Positions 52,232 through 62,323 of a DNA stretch of 64,000 nt are shown here, one piece after another. The DNA is from Vicinamibacterales bacterium (GTDB lineage Bacteria; Acidobacteriota; Vicinamibacteria; Vicinamibacterales; UBA8438): positions 89,704 to 153,703 of the forward strand of contig CBDBMV010000002.1 in NCBI GenBank assembly GCA_965207665.1, written 5' to 3'. The notes beneath the pieces were generated by a model, which did no database searches, was not told the DNA's origin, and worked only from the letters and a program-made list of their open reading frames with translations. How positions within the stretch are numbered: the first letter of the stretch is position 1; each line of letters starts with the position of its first letter. The position numbers and the translations under genes were made by a program.

Positions 52232-53743
52232 ATGCTGGATGCCGCGGTATGCGAACGGGCCCGCCTGTCGCGCGATGCGAGGTTCGACGGCCGATTCTTC
52301 ATCGGCGTCGTGACCACGGGCATCTACTGCCGGCCGACCTGCCCGGTCCAGCCGCCGGGGGCCGCCAACGTTCGCTTCTACGGCTCCGCGGCAGCCGCGG
52401 CCCAGGCGGGATTCCGTCCCTGCCTGCGATGCCGTCCCGAGACGGCGCCGGGGAGTCCGGCGTGGGCCGGATCGCCCACCACGGTGCGCCGCGCCTTGCG
52501 CCTGATAGAAGACGGGGCACTCGACGAGGGAGACGTGGGCGAGCTGGCGCTGCGGCTCGGTATCGGCGCGCGGCACCTGCGCCGGCTGTTCGACCGCCAC
52601 GTGGGCGCGTCACCGCTGCAGATTGCCTCGACCTGCCGCCTTCACCGCGCGAAGCGGCTGATCGACGCTACCGACCTGCCGTTCGACGCGATCGCCCAAG
52701 CGGCCGGGTTCGGCAGCGTCCGGCGCTTCAACCAGGTGCTGCGCGGCGTCTACGGACGCACGCCGCGCGAGCTGCGCCGACGGCGCCGCGGTGCGTCGGC
52801 GTTCGCCGAGCGGCCGGGCGGCGGATTGCGTCTCCGCCTCTACTACCGGACCCCTTACGATGCTGGAGCGCTGCTGGGTTATCTGGCGCCACGCGCGGTT
52901 CCGGGAGTGGAAGTTGTCGATGCGGCGCGGGGAACCTACCGGCGTGCGTTCCGCCTCGCGGGATTGGAGAGTTGGAACGCCGGCACCGTCAGCGTCGAAA
53001 CAGGCGGTGACGGATACCTCGCCGCCGAGGTCCGCCACGCGGACGCACGCGTGCTGTTGGACGTTGCGGCCCGACTGCGGCGGCTCTTCGACCTGGACGC
53101 CGACCCCTTGTGGCTCGGCCGCCATCTGGCTGGCGTTCCGCTTCCGGCCGCCCGCACCGAAGCGCTGTCCGGAATTCGTGTGCCCGGCGCCTGGGACGGC
53201 TTCGAGCTGGCCGTGCGTGCGGTGTTGGGCCAGCAGGTAACGGTGAAGGGCGCGACCACGCTCGCCGGCCGCCTCGTCGGCGAGCTCGGCGAAGCTCTGC
53301 CGGACCATCTGCGAGGGTCCGGCCTCGTCCGGTCGTTTCCGTCCCCCGGCGCGGTCGCCGGCTTCGACCTGTGCAGCATCGGTGTGCCGGCGGGCCGTGC
53401 GACCGCGCTGCGCAGACTGGCCGAGGCCGTCTCGGCCGGCGAGCTCGACCTCGACGCAGCAGCCGACCCTGAAGCGGCGAAAGCGCGGCTGACCGCTATC
53501 CCCGGCATCGGTTCCTGGACCGCGGAGTACATCGCGATGCGCGCGCTGCGCGACCCGGACGCGTTTCCCGCCGGCGATCTGCATCTGCGCAAGGCCGTGG
53601 GGTGCGGCGAGGCGGTCAACGCACGGGAGCTGCGGGCGATGGCCGAGGCGTGGCGCCCGTGGCGGGCCTACGCGGCGATGCTGCTCTGGCAAGACGGCAG
53701 CGCCCACCTGCCTGGAGGTTTGGATGCCCAAGTTTTTTCATGA
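52232..53743 (+). CDS. Ada-type Zn/AraC regulatory domain fused to AlkA-type DNA-3-methyladenine glycosylase II
   Basis: FFIGVVTTGIYCRPTCP ... CLRCRP (Ada Zn site), an AraC HTH region, then an HhH-GPD region (IPGIGSWTAEYIAMRAL). The start could be the GTG at 52223. Confidence 0.8.
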   Translation: MLDAAVCERARLSRDARFDGRFFIGVVTTGIYCRPTCPVQPPGAANVRFYGSAAAAAQAGFRPCLRCRPETAPGSPAWAGSPTTVRRALRLIEDGALDEGDVGELALRLGIGARHLRRLFDRHVGASPLQIASTCRLHRAKRLIDATDLPFDAIAQAAGFGSVRRFNQVLRGVYGRTPRELRRRRRGASAFAERPGGGLRLRLYYRTPYDAGALLGYLAPRAVPGVEVVDAARGTYRRAFRLAGLESWNAGTVSVETGGDGYLAAEVRHADARVLLDVAARLRRLFDLDADPLWLGRHLAGVPLPAARTEALSGIRVPGAWDGFELAVRAVLGQQVTVKGATTLAGRLVGELGEALPDHLRGSGLVRSFPSPGAVAGFDLCSIGVPAGRATALRRLAEAVSAGELDLDAAADPEAAKARLTAIPGIGSWTAEYIAMRALRDPDAFPAGDLHLRKAVGCGEAVNARELRAMAEAWRPWRAYAAMLLWQDGSAHLPGGLDAQVFS

Positions 53744-54242
53744 CTTCGATACACCCATCGGCATCCTGCGCCTGGTGGGCGACGAGCGGCATCTCGAACG
53801 CATCGACCTGCCGAACGCGGCGGCTCGCGCACCCGATGCCGAGTGGCGCGAAAAACCCGGCGCGCTGCCCGCGGCGCTGGACGCGGCGAAGCGCCAGCTT
53901 GCGGAGTACTTCGACGGGGACCGGCGCGACTTCGACCTGCCGCTCGCTCCGGACGGCACGCCGTTTCAGCTCCGGGTCTGGGAGGAGCTCCGCCGCATCG
54001 CGTACGCCGAAACCATCTCCTACGGCGAGCTGGCGCGCCGCATCGGCCAGCCGACGGCGTCACGCGCGGTGGGCGCGGCCAACGGCCGGAACCCGCTCTC
54101 CATCGTGGTGCCGTGCCACCGCGTGATAGGCGCCGACGGCACGCTCACCGGCTTTGGCGGCGGCCTGCCGGTCAAGCAGGCGCTCCTCGACCTCGAAAGC
54201 CGGGTGGCGGGCGCGCGCTTTTCGGGAGGAAATCTCCGATGA
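53724..54242 (+). CDS. ogt: Methylated-DNA--protein-cysteine methyltransferase
   Basis: IVVPCHRVIGADGTLTGFGGG active-site motif. Confidence 0.9.
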   Translation: MPKFFHDFDTPIGILRLVGDERHLERIDLPNAAARAPDAEWREKPGALPAALDAAKRQLAEYFDGDRRDFDLPLAPDGTPFQLRVWEELRRIAYAETISYGELARRIGQPTASRAVGAANGRNPLSIVVPCHRVIGADGTLTGFGGGLPVKQALLDLESRVAGARFSGGNLR

Positions 54243-55171
54243 CCAGCCTATCTGTCCGTTCGATTCCGGCGGCAGCCTGCTTTCTGCTGCTCGCGAGCAC
54301 GTCCGGCTCGGCGCAAACCGCCGAGCACTTGGCCAACGTCCACGTGGTGTTGACGGAAGGGCCGGTGGCGCACCCGGACGGAACGGTCTACTTCACGGAC
54401 CTTGCCAACGATCGGATTGTGAGGCTGGGCACGGACGGCCTGGTCTCGACGTATCGCCAGCCGGCCAACCGGCCGAACGGCCTGCGGCTCGACGCCCAGT
54501 TCAGGCTGCTCGCCGCCGAACGGGGCGACGCCGAGCGCGGCATGCCCGGCAGAATCACCCGGACCGATCTCGAGACGGGCGTCATCGAGGTGCTCGCGGA
54601 CAGCTCCGGAGCGGTGGACTTCGGCGTACCGAACGATCTGACATTCGACGCCCGCGGGCGCATCTACTTCACCGGCTCGGGCGAGGTATATCGCCTCGAC
54701 ACGGACGGCGCCGTGACCAAGATCGCCGCGTCTCCGCTGGTTCAGGGATCAAATGGCCTGATCCTGTCGCTCGACGATCGCACGCTGTACCTGGTCGAGA
54801 TCAATCGCGGCGCGGGCCTGCCGCGCCGGATTCGGGCATTCGACCTGAGCCCCGAAGGCACGCTGTCCAATCCGCGCGTCTTCCACGATTTCGCCCCGGG
54901 TCGCGGCGCGGACGGCATGGGGATCGACGTCGAAGGCAACATCTACGTCGCAGCCGGCATGAACCAGACGCGGGACACGAGCGAGACACTGGACAACCCG
55001 GCCGGCGTCTATGTCTTCTCCCCCGCCGGCGAGCTCATCAATCGGATTCCGATCCCGCAGGACACCATCACCAACCTCGCCTTCGGCGGACCGGACATGC
55101 AGACCATGTACGTGACGTCCGGCAACACCGTATTCCGGGTCGCCATGGACATCCCCGGGACCCGCCGCTGA
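54239..55171 (+). CDS. SMP-30/gluconolactonase/LRE-family beta-propeller, secreted
   Basis: ATGA overlap with ogt, then a signal peptide. EGPVAHPDGTVYFTD, PNGLRLD, SNGLILS, ADGMGIDVEGNIYVA and TNLAFGG. Confidence 0.75.
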   Translation: MTSLSVRSIPAAACFLLLASTSGSAQTAEHLANVHVVLTEGPVAHPDGTVYFTDLANDRIVRLGTDGLVSTYRQPANRPNGLRLDAQFRLLAAERGDAERGMPGRITRTDLETGVIEVLADSSGAVDFGVPNDLTFDARGRIYFTGSGEVYRLDTDGAVTKIAASPLVQGSNGLILSLDDRTLYLVEINRGAGLPRRIRAFDLSPEGTLSNPRVFHDFAPGRGADGMGIDVEGNIYVAAGMNQTRDTSETLDNPAGVYVFSPAGELINRIPIPQDTITNLAFGGPDMQTMYVTSGNTVFRVAMDIPGTRR

Positions 55172-55199
55172 GCTCGGTACGCCGCCGGCAAACCTTCGG

Positions 55200-58082
55200 C
55201 TAGAACTCCAGGCGGAGGCCCGCCCGGAAGACTCGCGGGTTCAGTATCGCGATGATCTCGTTGTAGCGAGGCCCTGAGATGGTGCGGAAGTTCAACACCG
55301 TGGCGTCGTTCAGCACGTTGAAGGCGTCGAGCAGAAGCGTGAGGCTGACGCCGCCCCGCAACATGAGCTGCTTCTCGGCCCGAAGGTCGAGGACGCCGAC
55401 GCTCGGCGCGCGCTCGTCGTACGGGTTGGCCATCACCCGCTCCGTGCCGGCGTTCGGCAGCGGCACGTTGATCTGCCGGCCGACCTGGAAGCCGCTCTGC
55501 AACCGGTAGGCGGCCGCCAGCCCGATCTCGTACGGAAACACGTAGCGGCCGGCCAGCTTGTAGTTCCAGTAGCTCGTCGCGACCCGCCCGAACCGCGTCT
55601 GGTTGGCTTGCCATTCGTACGTCGTGCCTTCGACGAAGTCGAAGCGGGCCGCCGTCCGCACGCTCGTCGAGGACGTCGTCCGCAGCGGCGCTGCGGCCCA
55701 GGTGTGCAGAAACGACGTCAGCAGCATCCAGCGGTCCGAGAACCGGCGGTTCAGCGCCACTTCGACAGTGTGGTAGTCACCGTCGGGCGACGGCAGCCCG
55801 TGCCGGCCGGGGTTGACGTAGCGCCGGTCCTCGGGGACGTCCGGCGGCCGGTCGAAGAGCTGCAGCACCTGGTCGTCGGCGGTTCCCTCGATATCGTCTG
55901 CGCCACGGTCCGCATACGCGAAGGGGATCCCGTAGGCGAACGCCCGGTTCATGTCGACGATGCCGTAGAGGTTGCGGGCATTCTTGTACACGTACGAGCC
56001 GCGGAATGACATGCCGTCCGCAATCTGCTGTTCGAAGTGGGCGGAGATCTCGTGACCGTACGCGCTGGCGAGGTCCGGATCCACGGCGACCGTTCCGGCT
56101 CCGCCCAGGGTGCCGATGCGTCGTCCGAGCTCCGGCGAGTCGGCGAGGCCGCCGCTGGGCCCCGGGTCCAGCTCGCGGTTCCCGTTCAGGTCGCGGAACA
56201 CGAACCGGGCCGCCGCCTGACCAACGGGGTTCTCGTCGTCCACGATGGTCGTGCTCGGGTTCCAGTAGAAGCGTCCCGCGAACAGCTTCACCACCGAGCG
56301 TCCCTCGCCCGTCAGGTCGAACGCGGCCCCTGCCCGTGGGCCGACGTTGGCCCAGGTCAGGACGTTGCGCGCCTCTACGTGCTGCGGCGCCCAGATGTCA
56401 GAGTGGTTCGGGGAGATGGACTGCTCCGGCCAGCCCATGACGTGGCGGTCGAAGCGCACACCGACGTTCAGCGTGAGCCGGTCGGTCACGGCCCAGGAAT
56501 CCTGGGCGAAGCCGGAGAGGAGATGGACGGTGTTCACGCCGGTGTTGGGGGTGTTGTAGATGTCCACCTCGGCCGGCGCCCCGCCCAGATCCCGATAGAA
56601 CAGGTCGCCGGGCTGCATGCGGAGGAAGCTGAGACGCTCGCGGTAGACCTCGAAGCCGACCTTCAGGGTGTGCTCGCCGCCGAAGTCGTCGGCGAAGAAG
56701 GTGGCGTTCCCGGACGCCTGCGGTTTCGTGATCGAGCGGAAGTGATAGTAGTCGAAGGCGTTCGTGTAGTCGCCGGTGGTGAGCTCCAGTCTTCCGGACG
56801 GAATCCCCTCCACGCTCGACGAGCGGGTCTGCGTCGGATACAGGGGCCAACGGTTGATCCAGTGGCTGACCTGGAGGTTCAGGAACAGCCGGTTGCTGAC
56901 GGGGTTGCGGTATTCCAGCTTCATCGGCATGTTCGCCGACTGTTGGTACCACGCCGCCTCGAGCGGACGGTCGCCGCCAAGCCCCCGCTCGGCCTGCAGC
57001 TTGGTGCGCCGGTTGAAGAACCCGACGAGCTGGCTGGCGCCGCCGAGCTGATGCGTCACCTTGGCGGTCCAGTTCTCGAGCTGCGTCGTGGCCGGGTTCG
57101 GATTCCCGATTGTCAGCTCCTCCTGGTGATTCAGCCGGTACCCGGCGTAGAACCAGGTGCGGCCGGGTCGGAGCGGCCCGCCGAGCCCGACGTTCACGTC
57201 GCTCTGGAGCGTGACCGGGTTGCCCGCCAGCAGTCCTCCCGGCGGCGCGCGGTACGGGCCCACCGCGCCGCCGCCTGCGCGCAGCGCATCGGGGACGTTG
57301 TCCGCCACCGTGCGGTCGTTCAGGAAGTCGACGTGGACGTCGCCGGTGAAGCGGTCGCCGCCCGACTTCGTGGTCAGGTTCAGGAAGGCACCCAGACCGT
57401 GCGTTTCGCCCATGTTCCCGGCGCCGCCGAGCTGGAAGTCCTCCAGGCTGCCGTAGTCGAAGTAGCCGGCGTTCCAGGCGGTCCCCTCGGTGACGTTGAT
57501 GCCTTCCAGCAGGGTGCGGTGCTGGTCGCCGAACCCGAAGGCCTGGTAGCCGGTCTGGGTGCCGGTGTTCGACCCGCCGACGTCGTAAGCCTCCATCTGG
57601 AAACCGGGCGCCTGCGCCATGGCAGCCCAGATGTCCCGCGCGTTGGGAACTTCCTCGAGTAGCTCCTCGGTGAAGTTGACGGCCGTGGTGGTAGTCCTGA
57701 CGTCCACGAGCGGCGCGGCGGCGGCGATGGTAACCATCTCCTCGACGCCGCCGATCTCCAGCGTGGCATCCACGGTCAGCGTCGTGTTGAGCACGATCCG
57801 GAGATCGTCGCGCACGACGGTGCGGAATCCCGGAAGCGAAAAGGTGACCGCGTAGTCGCCGGTCGGCAGGGCGGGGAACACGTAGCCCCCCTGGCTCCCC
57901 GTCACCACGACGCGGTCCCGGATCAGCGACGCGCTCGAGGCCGTCACGGTGACGCCTGGAAGCACCGCGCCGGTGGCGTCGGTCACCGCGCCCACGAGGC
58001 GGCCGCGCAACTCCTGCGCGCCGGCCCCGACCACCGCGACCAGCACCGCCGTCGCGGTGAGCACTACAAGGCGGCCGATCAT
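55200..58082 (-). CDS. TonB-dependent receptor with carboxypeptidase-regulatory-like N-terminal domain
   Basis: 960 aa: LRGRLVGAVTDATGAVLPGVTVTASS ... GGYVFPALPTGDYAVTFSLPGF, a long beta-barrel region and a C-terminal ...GLRLEF. Confidence 0.85.
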   Translation of the reverse strand: MIGRLVVLTATAVLVAVVGAGAQELRGRLVGAVTDATGAVLPGVTVTASSASLIRDRVVVTGSQGGYVFPALPTGDYAVTFSLPGFRTVVRDDLRIVLNTTLTVDATLEIGGVEEMVTIAAAAPLVDVRTTTTAVNFTEELLEEVPNARDIWAAMAQAPGFQMEAYDVGGSNTGTQTGYQAFGFGDQHRTLLEGINVTEGTAWNAGYFDYGSLEDFQLGGAGNMGETHGLGAFLNLTTKSGGDRFTGDVHVDFLNDRTVADNVPDALRAGGGAVGPYRAPPGGLLAGNPVTLQSDVNVGLGGPLRPGRTWFYAGYRLNHQEELTIGNPNPATTQLENWTAKVTHQLGGASQLVGFFNRRTKLQAERGLGGDRPLEAAWYQQSANMPMKLEYRNPVSNRLFLNLQVSHWINRWPLYPTQTRSSSVEGIPSGRLELTTGDYTNAFDYYHFRSITKPQASGNATFFADDFGGEHTLKVGFEVYRERLSFLRMQPGDLFYRDLGGAPAEVDIYNTPNTGVNTVHLLSGFAQDSWAVTDRLTLNVGVRFDRHVMGWPEQSISPNHSDIWAPQHVEARNVLTWANVGPRAGAAFDLTGEGRSVVKLFAGRFYWNPSTTIVDDENPVGQAAARFVFRDLNGNRELDPGPSGGLADSPELGRRIGTLGGAGTVAVDPDLASAYGHEISAHFEQQIADGMSFRGSYVYKNARNLYGIVDMNRAFAYGIPFAYADRGADDIEGTADDQVLQLFDRPPDVPEDRRYVNPGRHGLPSPDGDYHTVEVALNRRFSDRWMLLTSFLHTWAAAPLRTTSSTSVRTAARFDFVEGTTYEWQANQTRFGRVATSYWNYKLAGRYVFPYEIGLAAAYRLQSGFQVGRQINVPLPNAGTERVMANPYDERAPSVGVLDLRAEKQLMLRGGVSLTLLLDAFNVLNDATVLNFRTISGPRYNEIIAILNPRVFRAGLRLEF

Positions 58083-58113
58083 GAACCGGGGATCACTGCG
58101 CTCTGAACAAGGA

Positions 58114-58190
58114 GTGGCGCGCCCTGCAGGATTCGAACCTGCGGCCTCCTGGTTCGTAGCCAGACGCTCTATCCAGCTGAGCTAAGGGCG
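58114..58190 (-). tRNA. tRNA-Arg (anticodon ACG)
   Basis: Reverse complement is GCGCCCTTAGCTCAGCTGGATAGAGCGTCTGGCTACGAACCAGGAGGCCGCAGGTTCGAATCCTGCAGGGCGCGCCA. It gives a canonical cloverleaf with an encoded CCA. Confidence 0.9.
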
Positions 58191-58274
58191 CGGGGACCGT
58201 TGATTATAGCAACAGCCCGTCTCTGACGCCCGAGCGCTGCGACCGGTCGGGAGCGGTACAATTTCTGGATCCCG

Positions 58275-60935
58275 ATGCCCAGCCCCGCACCGCCGAACCC
58301 GGAAGTGGACCTGCGCGAGCCGCTCCTGACCTGGAACGAGGCGTTCGCGGCCGGCTCCGCCGTTGCCGGGGGCAAGGGCTGGAACCTCGCCCGCCTCGCA
58401 CGCTACGGCTTCAGTGTTCCGCCCGGCGGCGTCGTTCCTGCCTCCGTCTACGCCGGGCTGTTCCGTACACCGGACATAGCCGCCCTGGCCGCCCCGCTCG
58501 CGGCGGTGACCCTGGACGAGATCGGCAGCGACGACCTGGAGGCGCGTCTCGCCGCGCTCCGCGACCTCGTCATCCGGACGGGCCTGCCGCCTGCCGCCCG
58601 CGCGGCGGTGGACCGGTTCCTGGATGAGAGCGGGTTGGATGCTAGGCCGGTCGCGGTCCGCTCCTCCGCCGTAGCGGAGGACGGCGCCGACACGGCTTTC
58701 GCCGGCATCCACGAGAGCTATCTGGGCGTCGTCGGGCTCGACGCCGTGTGTGCGGCGGTGTCGCGATGTTTCGCGTCGCTGTGGACCCCGCGCGCCGTCG
58801 CCTACCGGCGGCGGGCGGGCGTCGCCGACGACGCCACGCCGTGCGCCGTGGTGATCTGCGAGATGGTCGGCGACCCGCGCCACGGCCCGGCGGCGGCCGG
58901 CGTCGCCTTTTCGTGCGATCCCGTGACGGGCGAGCGGCAGGTCGTGACGATCGAGCTTGCCGCGGGGACGGGAGACGCCGTCGTCCGCGGGACCGTCGCG
59001 CCGCAGCAGTACGCGGTGCGACGGATCGATCTGGAAACCGAGGTAGCGCGGCTGGACGACACCGGAGACGCGGCGGTCCTCGCAGACCGCGAGATCGAGG
59101 CGCTGGCGCGCATCGTCGTGCGGGTCCACTGGGCGCTCGGCGACGGGGACGCGCCGCAGGACGTGGAGTGGGCCTGGGACGGCCGGACGTTCTGGATGCT
59201 CCAGTCGCGGCCGGTCACCCGGCTGCCGCGCTGGACCTTTCCCGGCATTCCGACCGAGACCCCGATCTGGTCGAACGCCAACATCCGCGACTCTCTCCCC
59301 CGGCCGCTGACCATGGCCACCTGGTCGCTGCTCGATACGTCCGTGCAGGCCGTCGTCCACGCCTCGACGCAGGCGGTGGACTATCCGTTGCCGCACGGCA
59401 TGCAGGTGATGCGCCGGTTCGGCGGGCGGCCCTATTTCGATCTCGACAGCCTGCAATGGAGCCTCTACGACTCGGTCGGCATTCTGCCGGCCGACACAAA
59501 CCACATCATGGGCGGATTTCAGCCCGAGATCGCGGTGCCGGACGGGCGCCCGCTCCGCGGCCGGGCCGGCCTCGCACGCATGTGGCGGCGGCTGCTGCTG
59601 GCCCGCCGGCTGCTGTGGTTCCATCGGGAAATCCCCCCGCAGATCGATGCGCTGGTCGCACGCGCCAGGGAGGGCCGCGCGGTCGACCTCTCGACCCTCA
59701 GCGACGAGGCGCTGCTGGCGCGCTTCCGGGATGTGCAAGCACTGGGCGTCGAGTACCAGCCGGTCCTGCAGCTCGCCGCCAGCTACTGCGCCGCCTGCAT
59801 GAAGGTGGCGGAGGATTTCTTCGCGCTGGTTACCCGCCGTGACGCACAACCGCTGGTTGCTCGTCTCCTGGCGGCGTCGGGAGACGTGGCCAGCGCCGAG
59901 CATGGGTTTCGCATCCGGGAGCTCGCCGACAGCGCCGCCGGGGACGCCGCGGCGGAGGCCGCGCTGCGGGATCCCGACCCGTTCGCCTGGCGCGCGCTAC
60001 CGGCGGACACCCCGTTCCGCGTCGCGATGGAGGACTACCTGGACCGCTACGGCCACCGGGCCGTCTACGAGATGGAGCTCGCCAGCGTCCGCTGGGCGGA
60101 GGATCCGCGCTACGTGCTCGAGCAGGTGCGTTTCCACCTCGGCCACCCACCCGCGCGTGACGCGCGGTCGCGCGCCGCCGACCTGCGGCGGCGGGCGGAA
60201 ACGGAGCTGGCGGCGGTCCCTGCCTGGCTCCGGCCCATCGCGCGGCGGATTGTGGCCCGCGCCCGACTGGGCGCCGCGCTGCGGGAGAACGCCAAGTCGG
60301 GCTCGGCGGCGGCCCTCACCCTCGTCCGTCAGATATGCCTGGAGGTGGGACGACGCATGCAGACGGCCGGCCGCATCGGCGCCGCGCAAGACGTCTTTCA
60401 CCTTAGTCTTCTCGACGTCGAAGCGTGGCTGACAGGAACCTGGGACGGGAGCGGCGCGGGCGCGCTGGCCGGCGACCGTCGGGCGCGCCTTGCGGCCCAG
60501 CAGGAGCTGGAACTCCCCGGCGTGATCATGGATTCGCCCACGGCGGCGCCAGGCGCAGACGCCCGGCGGGACGCGGCGGTCGCACCCGCGCCGGACGGTG
60601 ACGCGTGGGACGGCGTGGCGGCGGCGCCGGGCGCGGCCGAAGGCGCCGCCTGCGTGCTGCGCACCCCGCATGACGGCGGCCGCATGCGCCGCAACGACGT
60701 GCTGGTGGCGCCCTCCACCGACCCCGGCTGGACGCCGCTGTTCCTGCGCGCCTCGGCGGTGGTGACGGAGACCGGCGGCTACCTGTCGCACGGCGCCGTC
60801 GTGGCCCGCGAGTTCGGGCTCCCCGCGGTGGTCAACGTGCGCGACGCCATGCACCTGATCGCCGACGGCGACCGGCTGCGTGTCGACGGCAACGCCGGCC
60901 GGGTCATCCGCATCGAACGCACCCAAGAGGTATGA
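58275..60935 (+). CDS. PEP-utilising family protein: PPDK_N ATP-grasp, central domain and C-terminal swivel phosphohistidine domain (rifampicin-phosphotransferase-like architecture)
   Basis: N-terminus GGKGWNLARLARYGFSVPPG; C-terminus LVAPSTDPGWTPLFLRASAVVTETGGYLSHGAVVAREFGLPAVV. Confidence 0.75.
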   Translation: MPSPAPPNPEVDLREPLLTWNEAFAAGSAVAGGKGWNLARLARYGFSVPPGGVVPASVYAGLFRTPDIAALAAPLAAVTLDEIGSDDLEARLAALRDLVIRTGLPPAARAAVDRFLDESGLDARPVAVRSSAVAEDGADTAFAGIHESYLGVVGLDAVCAAVSRCFASLWTPRAVAYRRRAGVADDATPCAVVICEMVGDPRHGPAAAGVAFSCDPVTGERQVVTIELAAGTGDAVVRGTVAPQQYAVRRIDLETEVARLDDTGDAAVLADREIEALARIVVRVHWALGDGDAPQDVEWAWDGRTFWMLQSRPVTRLPRWTFPGIPTETPIWSNANIRDSLPRPLTMATWSLLDTSVQAVVHASTQAVDYPLPHGMQVMRRFGGRPYFDLDSLQWSLYDSVGILPADTNHIMGGFQPEIAVPDGRPLRGRAGLARMWRRLLLARRLLWFHREIPPQIDALVARAREGRAVDLSTLSDEALLARFRDVQALGVEYQPVLQLAASYCAACMKVAEDFFALVTRRDAQPLVARLLAASGDVASAEHGFRIRELADSAAGDAAAEAALRDPDPFAWRALPADTPFRVAMEDYLDRYGHRAVYEMELASVRWAEDPRYVLEQVRFHLGHPPARDARSRAADLRRRAETELAAVPAWLRPIARRIVARARLGAALRENAKSGSAAALTLVRQICLEVGRRMQTAGRIGAAQDVFHLSLLDVEAWLTGTWDGSGAGALAGDRRARLAAQQELELPGVIMDSPTAAPGADARRDAAVAPAPDGDAWDGVAAAPGAAEGAACVLRTPHDGGRMRRNDVLVAPSTDPGWTPLFLRASAVVTETGGYLSHGAVVAREFGLPAVVNVRDAMHLIADGDRLRVDGNAGRVIRIERTQEV

Positions 60936-60994
60936 TTTGCCATTGGGCCGCCGAGATGTCCCGGCCCTCCGATGGCGCGTTTCAGGAGCTATCC

Positions 60995-62323
60995 ATGCGT
61001 TTTCGAATTGCCTTGGTAACCGCGGTCATCGGCGTGGCCGGCCTGCCAGGTGCGGGCGCCGCGCAGCCGGCCGAGAGCCCGGTCACGTTCGCCGAGCACG
61101 TGGCGCCGATCTTCTACGAGCGCTGCACGACCTGCCATCGGCCCGGCCAGGTGGGTCCGATGTCGCTGCTGACCTATGCGGACGCCCGGCCGTGGGCGCG
61201 TTCCATCCGGCAGAAGGTCGTCGGGAGAGAGATGCCGCCGTGGGATGCCGATCCGGCCATCGGCGCCTGGGCCAACGACCGCAGCCTGAGCGACGAACAG
61301 ATAGCCACCATCGTCGCCTGGGCCGACGGCGGAGCCCCGAGCGGGGACCTCGCCGCCATGCCGCCCGTGCCGGGCTACGCGGACAGCGAATGGAGCATCG
61401 GCAAGCCCGACGCGATCTTCAGCACTCCCCCGTTCGAAGTGCCGCTCGACGGCACGGTCGACTACACCTACTTCGAGGTGCCGACCAGTCTCACCGAGGA
61501 CAAGTGGGTGAGCGCGCTCCAGGTGAGGCCGGGGGCGGCGGCGGCCGTGCACCACGTCATCGTCACTGCCAGAGCGCCGCGCCCGCCCGAGGCGCCCAGG
61601 GCGAGGCGGCGCGCCACACCGGGTATTCGCATCGACCGTGACATCCTGCCGGGGCGGGAGATCGAATGGAATCCGGGGGTGGCGCAACTCGGGGACCGCG
61701 GCAAGGGGACGTCGCTCGGCGGCACGACGGTCGGCAACGACGGCGTGACGATCTTCGAGCCGGGCACCGCGCGCCTGCTGAAGGCAGGCACCACGCTCGT
61801 GTTCGAGATGCACTACACGCCGACCGGCGAGCCGCATGTCGACGAGACCCGCCTCGGGCTGGTGTTCACGGACACGCCGCCGGACCGGCAGGTGTGGACC
61901 ACCGCGATCGTGCACGGACAGTTCGTAATCCCGCCCGGCGCGCCCGACTACAAGGTCGAAGCGGATCTGACGTTCACCGAGGACGTGAAGCTGCTGAACC
62001 TGCTGCCGCATTCGCACCTGCGCGGCGTGCGCTGGGACTACGAGGCGGTGTACCCCGACGGCCGCCGGGAAGCCGTGCTCTCCGTGCCCAGCTACGACTT
62101 CAACTGGCAGATCGACTACATCTTCGACGAGCCGCTGGAGTTGCCGGCGGGGTCGAAGATCCACGCCGTGGCGCTCTACGACAACTCGGCGGCCAACCGG
62201 TCGAATCCGGACCCGACCGCCGAGGTGCGCTGGGGCGAGCAGACCGACGAGGAGATGATGTTCACCGCCCTGTCGTATCTGATCGACGACGAGGCGGAAG
62301 CGGGCACGACGCCGGAGCCCTGA
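60995..62323 (+). CDS. Haem-c domain fused to a PHM/DBH-like copper monooxygenase-like domain (second copy)
   Basis: AGGAG upstream of the ATG at 60995, then a signal peptide. CTTCH, AAAVHHVIV (HH), FEMHYTP, LLPHSHLRG (HxH) and TDEEMMF (Met ligand position). Confidence 0.7.
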   Translation: MRFRIALVTAVIGVAGLPGAGAAQPAESPVTFAEHVAPIFYERCTTCHRPGQVGPMSLLTYADARPWARSIRQKVVGREMPPWDADPAIGAWANDRSLSDEQIATIVAWADGGAPSGDLAAMPPVPGYADSEWSIGKPDAIFSTPPFEVPLDGTVDYTYFEVPTSLTEDKWVSALQVRPGAAAAVHHVIVTARAPRPPEAPRARRRATPGIRIDRDILPGREIEWNPGVAQLGDRGKGTSLGGTTVGNDGVTIFEPGTARLLKAGTTLVFEMHYTPTGEPHVDETRLGLVFTDTPPDRQVWTTAIVHGQFVIPPGAPDYKVEADLTFTEDVKLLNLLPHSHLRGVRWDYEAVYPDGRREAVLSVPSYDFNWQIDYIFDEPLELPAGSKIHAVALYDNSAANRSNPDPTAEVRWGEQTDEEMMFTALSYLIDDEAEAGTTPEP

